From Verrucomicrobiia bacterium (GTDB lineage: Bacteria; Verrucomicrobiota; Verrucomicrobiia; Limisphaerales; UBA1319), in the NCBI GenBank assembly GCA_963664225.1, contig OY760937.1:2080001-2144000 (forward strand): a DNA stretch of 64,000 nucleotides, written 5' to 3'. Below are positions 58,856 to 64,000 of this stretch, in pieces. How positions within the stretch are numbered: position 1 is the stretch's first letter; each line of letters opens with the position of its first letter. A program made the translations under genes and the position numbers. The notes under the pieces were generated by a model, which did no database searches, was not told the origin of the DNA, and saw only the letters and a list, made by a program, of their open reading frames with translations.

Positions 58856-59539
58856 TTAGCTCCTCACACTTTTCTTGCGCCACAAGAACCGTCCGGACAT
58901 GGCGAGTGCGCCCATTGTAAAAAGGGCTGCCGTGCCTGGTTCGGGAACGGCCTGCGTGGAAAATTGAATGTCGTCGAGGATGGCTCTACCTCCATAGGAT
59001 TCCGTAAACCGCAACTCACCGGTCTGGCCGGCATACGATGAAATGTCTGCGGCGCAAATGTCGAAACCAGGCTCAGACCAGATTACACTGTAAGGCAGAA
59101 CATTTCCTTTGAAACTTACATAGAAATATCCAACTTGTTCATCTCTAAGCAAAAAAACCACGGACAGCGAGTTCATCGGTATTAATCCCGTTTGTCCTAT
59201 GGATGCCGGACCGCCTCCAAGTGGTCTTCCCTCGAGTCCAACTGAATATTGGCCGTCCAATGGAGCAAAACCATAGGGAAAATTGGTGTCATTGATGGAA
59301 ATTGCTGCTGCGATTGCAGCCGCATTATCATAGTAGATTGTGTGCGTTGGAACATTATTGAAATATGCATTCCATCCCGGTATACCTTTTTCAACAGGAA
59401 CCAAGGGGTAGGTTGGATAATACCCCCCTAGATCCGCTGATTCAAAATCCATATTCTGGAAAGTCCCCTGCCCAACCGCTGTGAGGGCGGTCAGACAAAA
59501 TACTGTGAGGCTCGTCAAAGCCAACAGATGATGATGCAT
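58856..59539 (-). CDS. PEP-CTERM sorting-domain protein (B2)
   Basis: Near-identical to B1; VPEPGTAALFTMGALAMSGRFLWRKK. Confidence 0.9.
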   Translation of the reverse strand: MHHHLLALTSLTVFCLTALTAVGQGTFQNMDFESADLGGYYPTYPLVPVEKGIPGWNAYFNNVPTHTIYYDNAAAIAAAISINDTNFPYGFAPLDGQYSVGLEGRPLGGGPASIGQTGLIPMNSLSVVFLLRDEQVGYFYVSFKGNVLPYSVIWSEPGFDICAADISSYAGQTGELRFTESYGGRAILDDIQFSTQAVPEPGTAALFTMGALAMSGRFLWRKKSVRS

Positions 59540-59544
59540 GTTTT

Positions 59545-60210
59545 TTATTTGGTCCTGGAGTGACACCGCCAAAAAAGCAACAAACTGCCTAAAACCGACA
59601 AAACCAATGTGTTTGGCTCTGGCACGGCCTCCGTGGAGAATTGAATGTCGTCGAGGACATTGCATCCTGAGTTTTCCGTAAACCTCAATTCTCCTGTTTT
59701 GCCATCGTATGAGGAAATATCGGCATTATAGATGTCGAAGTTAGGCTCTGACCATGTTTTAACATATGGAAGCACATTTCCATCAAAGGTTACCACTAAT
59801 GTTCCCTCGCTGATATTTCTAACAAGAAACACCACTGACAATGATCCTGCAGGAATCGTCCCAGTTTGCGCTATGGATACAGGAAATGTCCTAGCATCAA
59901 GACTTGCAGAATAGTTGCCATCCATTGATGCGATATATGGATCATCCGGCGAATTATTGTCAAATAATGATATTAACGAAGATCCTAAGCTGCGATTGTT
60001 GTACCACACATAACTCGTTTGCTCGCCTCCATAATATGCACTCCAACCAGGCAACACATCACTTATAGGAAATGGGCCAAGATCAGGCTGTGGATACTTT
60101 GAAATATTTGCAGATTCAAAGTCCAAGTTCTGGAAAGCCCCAAACGCTTGTATTGAATTCACAATCTGCAGAATTGCGATAAAAGAAAGGGATGATTTAA
60201 TTTTTCGCAT
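59545..60210 (-). CDS. PEP-CTERM sorting-domain protein (A2)
   Basis: Signal peptide and tail shared with A1, divergent core; VPEPNTLVL. Confidence 0.9.
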   Translation of the reverse strand: MRKIKSSLSFIAILQIVNSIQAFGAFQNLDFESANISKYPQPDLGPFPISDVLPGWSAYYGGEQTSYVWYNNRSLGSSLISLFDNNSPDDPYIASMDGNYSASLDARTFPVSIAQTGTIPAGSLSVVFLVRNISEGTLVVTFDGNVLPYVKTWSEPNFDIYNADISSYDGKTGELRFTENSGCNVLDDIQFSTEAVPEPNTLVLSVLGSLLLFWRCHSRTK

Positions 60211-60227
60211 AGCAGGGGTCACCCAGA

Positions 60228-60783
60228 GTTTCGCTCATTTTTACCAGGTTTGTGCGTTGATGATTGAGGGGGCAAGGCGTGGTGCTTTGATCGGTTTTAT
60301 GTTTCACGCGTGGTGGATTATCCATGATTAATCACACAGCAAATCACCCCCCGGATATTGGATGTGGACTGGCATGGACATAACGCGGCTATTAGTTTAC
60401 AGAGGGGCACTTCTGTCAAGAAGCATTGTGAGGCGATGTGGAAAGCGGGTGCAGGGAAAGACTCGGGCGTGTGGAAAACAGGTATGGCGGTGCGCGGATT
60501 GTATATCGGTTTTGCGGCAAGGGCAGTAACGGCGGGCGGGGCTGGCGGTGCATTTGAGAACGTTGGATTTAAGAATGTCGTAAGCCGGTCAGGAGACCGG
60601 CGCTCCGAAGACCTCAGCGTGCGGGAATTGGATTTTAACCACGAACGACACGAAATATGCGAAATGGAAAAAAGAGCCTCACCCCGTCCATCTGGCGACG
60701 GAGAGGGAGGAGTGTTGGACGGTTCTGGAGTGATTGGGCGGTTGGGAAGGTGCCGCCGCGTGGGATTGACGGGGGCAGAATGG
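60228..60783. repeat. Copy 3 of the ~550-bp leader repeat (intron-free)
   Basis: Direct repeat, 2373 bp from copy 2. Confidence 0.92.
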
Positions 60784-61039
60784 GAGCAAATAGAGCATCA
60801 CGCGGAGGAACGGAGAACGCGGAGAATTGGAGTGGAAGGGACCCGAAAAGCCACCCCACCCCGGCCCTTCATCTGGCGATGGAGAGGGAAATGATTTTGC
60901 TGCGTATGGGGTTATTGGACGCGTGGGTTGGATGGGCGGCGCGCGTTAATCAATGATTGGCGGCACTCGCCAGAGTGCCGCCACGGGTTGACCCATGGAG
61001 CTCAGGCAAAGAATATTCAGGATGGAAAATGGATTTTAC

Positions 61040-61726
61040 TCAGTGCGAGTACGTGCGGCGCCGTCTCAGGGCGGCGATGCCACACATTGCACCAAAAGCA
61101 ACCGCATACGATGCGGGCTCAGGCACTGCCGATATTTGCATTCCCGCCAGGCCGTTGTATTCACCACCGCCGCCAGTGTAAGAGAGAGTCATTGTTCCGT
61201 CGGTAACTGCGACATTGTGAATAACATCCCACGAGACGCCTGGTACCAGAGATCCATCGATGCTTCCCGGAATGCTCGATACGGAAGTGCTGTTAATCGT
61301 AAAGTTGCCTATATCCACACTAGGATGAATTGGCGCATAATAGGAAACGTTATAGGTTCCATTCTCCAGACCGGTGATGGAAACTTTCCAGGATCCTGGA
61401 GCCATGGAAAAAAAGTTGTCGTCTGCAAGGCGTTCGTTAATCCCGCTGGTTCCATAGAAGCCGCCATAATTCTCAGCAATGCAGGAAACACTTGCCGTTG
61501 TGGCGTTTCCACTCAGGTCGAACAAAGCGGTTGGACCAGCAGACGTGATCGTGTTCCAACTCCCAGTCTGGCCAATGGCGGCTCCGTATGTGGCGTCAGG
61601 AGTTCCACTAGCATCGCCAAAATCGATATTGAATAAGGCTGCATGGGCTTGATTTGCCAACAAGGCAATACCCAATCCACACAGCAGAATGAGTTTTTTA
61701 TTGGTTCGGTTGGTGCGCGTGTTCAT
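61040..61726 (-). CDS. PEP-CTERM sorting-domain protein (unrelated core)
   Basis: Signal peptide (AHA cleavage site); NIDFG; VPEPASYAVAFGAMCGIAALRRRR. Confidence 0.9.
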   Translation of the reverse strand: MNTRTNRTNKKLILLCGLGIALLANQAHAALFNIDFGDASGTPDATYGAAIGQTGSWNTITSAGPTALFDLSGNATTASVSCIAENYGGFYGTSGINERLADDNFFSMAPGSWKVSITGLENGTYNVSYYAPIHPSVDIGNFTINSTSVSSIPGSIDGSLVPGVSWDVIHNVAVTDGTMTLSYTGGGGEYNGLAGMQISAVPEPASYAVAFGAMCGIAALRRRRTYSH

Positions 61727-61828
61727 TTCGATAATTAATTAATTATAACGTTATCGTCGGTCAAGGAGGATTCGTCATTTGCCTCCTGCCATTTCTGTGA
61801 AAATTGGCCTGCGCTTGTGTAATCCAGC

Positions 61829-62575
61829 GGCTGCAGATTGGAAATCTGCGATACGGCAGACAAGATGTCTGCGCTACGGGGAAAAGATTTTGCGATTACG
61901 GCCGGGACTTTGCGTTTGAGACGGTTCGCAGATTGGCAAGCTGCGATTCAGGTCAAAGAAGGGACGCCGGGTCAGGGGACCCGGCCTACAGGATGGCGCG
62001 CTCTGTAATGCGATAGTCTGACTGGCTGAAGAAGAGTTACAGGCCTGATCGTTTGGGCGAAATCGAGGAGGATCAACGTCTGCAGATTGGAAATCTGCGA
62101 TACGGCAGACAGGATGTCTGCGCTACGGGGAAAAGGTTTTGCGATTACGGCCGGGACTTTGCGTTTGAGACGGTTCGCAGATTGGCAAGCTGCGCTACGG
62201 GTTGCGGTGTTGGCGCGCTGGCAGGCAAGGTGGCTGCGAAATAGTGGCAACGGTGTTTGTGCTTCGGGTTGCTGAGGGTTCAGAGCGTTAAGCCGGTCTG
62301 GAGACCGGCACTCCGCTATTGCGGTTTTACACGCTCGGGCAGTCCAGAGGCTGCAGATTGGAAATCTGCGATACGGCAGACAAGATGTCTGCGCTACGGG
62401 TTGCGGTGTTGGCGCGCTGGCAGGCAAGGTGGCTGCGAAATAGTGGCAACGGTGTTTGTGCTTCGGGTTGCTGAGGGTTCAGAGCGTTAAGCCGGTCTGG
62501 AGACCGGCACTCCGCTATTGCGGTTTTACACGCTCGTGCAGTCCAGAGGCTGCAGATTGGAAATCTGCGTTACGG
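61829..62575. repeat. REP cluster (BIME-like) with a 199-bp tandem unit
   Basis: Repeated GCAGATTGGAAATCTGC and GCAGACAAGATGTCTGCGCTAC hairpins (GTAG foot on the minus strand); unit starts at 62190 and 62389; GCCGGTCTGGAGACCGGC hairpins near 62292 and 62491. Confidence 0.88.
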
Positions 62576-62586
62576 GTCGGGCAGCT

Positions 62587-64000
62587 TTATCGGCGGGTGG
62601 GTTTTCGAGGGAATGGCACGATGCGGGCGGGGGCGTGGACGGCGGTGGCGGCGTGGGTGCTGAGGGCGCCGGCCCATGCGATGTCGCAATGGCTGGCGGG
62701 GTTGAGGGGGTTGGCGCCTTCGGTGAATATCCAGCGGCTGCCGGCGTAGGTTTTGCGCAGGGCGAAGAAGTCCGCCGCGATATCCGGCGCGGTGCGGGGC
62801 AGGATTTTGTTTGCCGCGCTGAGCTGGTCCATGAGGACAAAGCCCATGTCGGATTTTGCGGAGCGGAAATTGACGGGGAGGAATCGACCGGGAAAGGCTT
62901 TGGCGGCTTCCCAGCAAATCTGACGTCCCAGGCCCGTTTCGTCGCCTGCGGCCATTACGCCGGGGAGGTTCTTGAGAATGGTGAAGAGCGCGGTTTTTAG
63001 AAAGTGCCAGTCCTCGGTGCGGCAGGTGAGCAGGCCGCGAAGGGTGAGGGAGGAGGCTTCCTGGGAGTCGATGTAGATGACGGCGAGGTCCCCTTCCCCA
63101 CTGGCGGCGACGTCGAAGCCCACGCGCCAGCGGGCATCGACGCCAAACAACGGCGCGAAGCCCTGGGCCAGGTATTGCTGAATGCGGGTTTCGCGCGCGG
63201 GCTGGCCGGAGGGGGTGAACGCGCCAAACAATTCGGCGATCTGCGGGGCTTCGAGATGGAGGCGGGCCAGAGTTGTATCGCGCAGACAACGTTCCATGGC
63301 CTCCCAGGAGACGATGGCGAGAGTGCCGCCGCGCGGGTTGCACATGTATTCCTGCTCGAAGATTTCAGGAAGGCGGGCGCGGCTCCGGCAGTCTTCAATG
63401 AATTGATCGCGGGTCCATTGGCGGCCGCTGGCGCGGTTGATGGCCTCGACGAGTCCCTGATTCACCGCGTCGAGCAGGGTGACGCGGTAGTAGCTCCAAT
63501 GGCCTGCGGACGCGCTGGAACTTGCGCCTGACTGCATTGTGGTTTGCGTTTGGATTTGCGCCTGCGCCTGTATTTGTGCCTCTCGGGCAAAAGTGTGAAA
63601 GAGGGTTTGATCGCCATTGCTCGAGGACCAGACGCCCAGATCGTAACCCCAGGTGACGCGGCCCGACGCGGCGGCCCAGAGTTGATCGGGCGCGCTGTGA
63701 AACGCGAACTCGTCCAGCCCCACGTCGCCGCCAAAGGCGCGCAGGGCATTGGGATTCGAGCTGAACGCGAGGATGCGGGAGCCGTTGTCGAAGCGAATGA
63801 CGCCCGCCTTCACCTCGTCGGTAAAGCCGGTGTCCTTGCCAGCGGAATCGAAACGCGGCACGCGGAGGTCCTCGACGCCACGCGAGAGAATGGCGCGGGT
63901 GAAATCGTAGGCTTCGGCGAAGCGGTGACAGGTGCGGACGTATTCCAGCGCGGTGGAATGGTCCTTGGTGGTGAACAAATAATCGCGCCGGCGGTGCTGA
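62587..64000 (-). CDS. Mu-like (gp28-type) terminase large subunit, 5' end outside the window
   Basis: IRFDNGSRILAFSSNP...GDVGLDEFAFH (Walker B), FEQEYMCNP, nuclease motif VGFDVA, DETGLG, HCDIAWA. Confidence 0.8.
   Translation of the reverse strand, partial: QHRRRDYLFTTKDHSTALEYVRTCHRFAEAYDFTRAILSRGVEDLRVPRFDSAGKDTGFTDEVKAGVIRFDNGSRILAFSSNPNALRAFGGDVGLDEFAFHSAPDQLWAAASGRVTWGYDLGVWSSSNGDQTLFHTFAREAQIQAQAQIQTQTTMQSGASSSASAGHWSYYRVTLLDAVNQGLVEAINRASGRQWTRDQFIEDCRSRARLPEIFEQEYMCNPRGGTLAIVSWEAMERCLRDTTLARLHLEAPQIAELFGAFTPSGQPARETRIQQYLAQGFAPLFGVDARWRVGFDVAASGEGDLAVIYIDSQEASSLTLRGLLTCRTEDWHFLKTALFTILKNLPGVMAAGDETGLGRQICWEAAKAFPGRFLPVNFRSAKSDMGFVLMDQLSAANKILPRTAPDIAADFFALRKTYAGSRWIFTEGANPLNPASHCDIAWAGALSTHAATAVHAPARIVPFPRKPTRR

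Noticed and set aside
54364..60210. Diversity-generating retroelement (RT next to repeated, variable genes)
   Set aside because: The RT is enclosed by group IIC intron ends with a precise empty site, differences between repeats are not adenine-specific, and no Avd-like gene is seen.
61829..62575. CRISPR array
   Set aside because: The intervening sequences are themselves duplicated and uneven in length, and there are no cas genes; REP clustering fits better.

Overview
GC-rich bacterial window, most likely Verrucomicrobiota or another PVC lineage. This is inferred from the PEP-CTERM proteins, M56/BlaI module, Tat-exported oxidoreductases, BspA LRR protein and the REP families. Bases 1-49.3 kb are mostly housekeeping, transport and envelope genes: apgM-like/thrC, an XRE-ImmA pair, ABC and RND transporters, amrS/amrB, sugar-catabolic enzymes, two paralogous ECF sigma/anti-sigma/Spy-like modules, BlaI/M56, a GH57 branching enzyme, fba and pgl. 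A complete group II intron (23271-25245, minus strand) sits at the end of a long palindromic element, and its EBS1/EBS2 sequences match that element's terminal repeat. From about 49.4 kb the window is accessory: a NUDIX fragment, an HD-domain/HSP90-like ATPase fusion (candidate defence protein), a zinc-ribbon/GYF-like gene and a class IIC intron (54364-56242) inside one of three copies of a ~550-bp non-coding leader. It continues with a tandem, mosaic array of PEP-CTERM genes, a REP cluster and a partial Mu-like terminase gene with no head genes downstream. Other notable signals are a 161-bp duplication that creates a translationally coupled 54-aa mini-ORF with almost only synonymous differences, and a shared 'FYR'-ending module in three unrelated secreted proteins. 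No rRNA, tRNA or CRISPR array was recognised. All calls come from reading the sequence; no searches were run.
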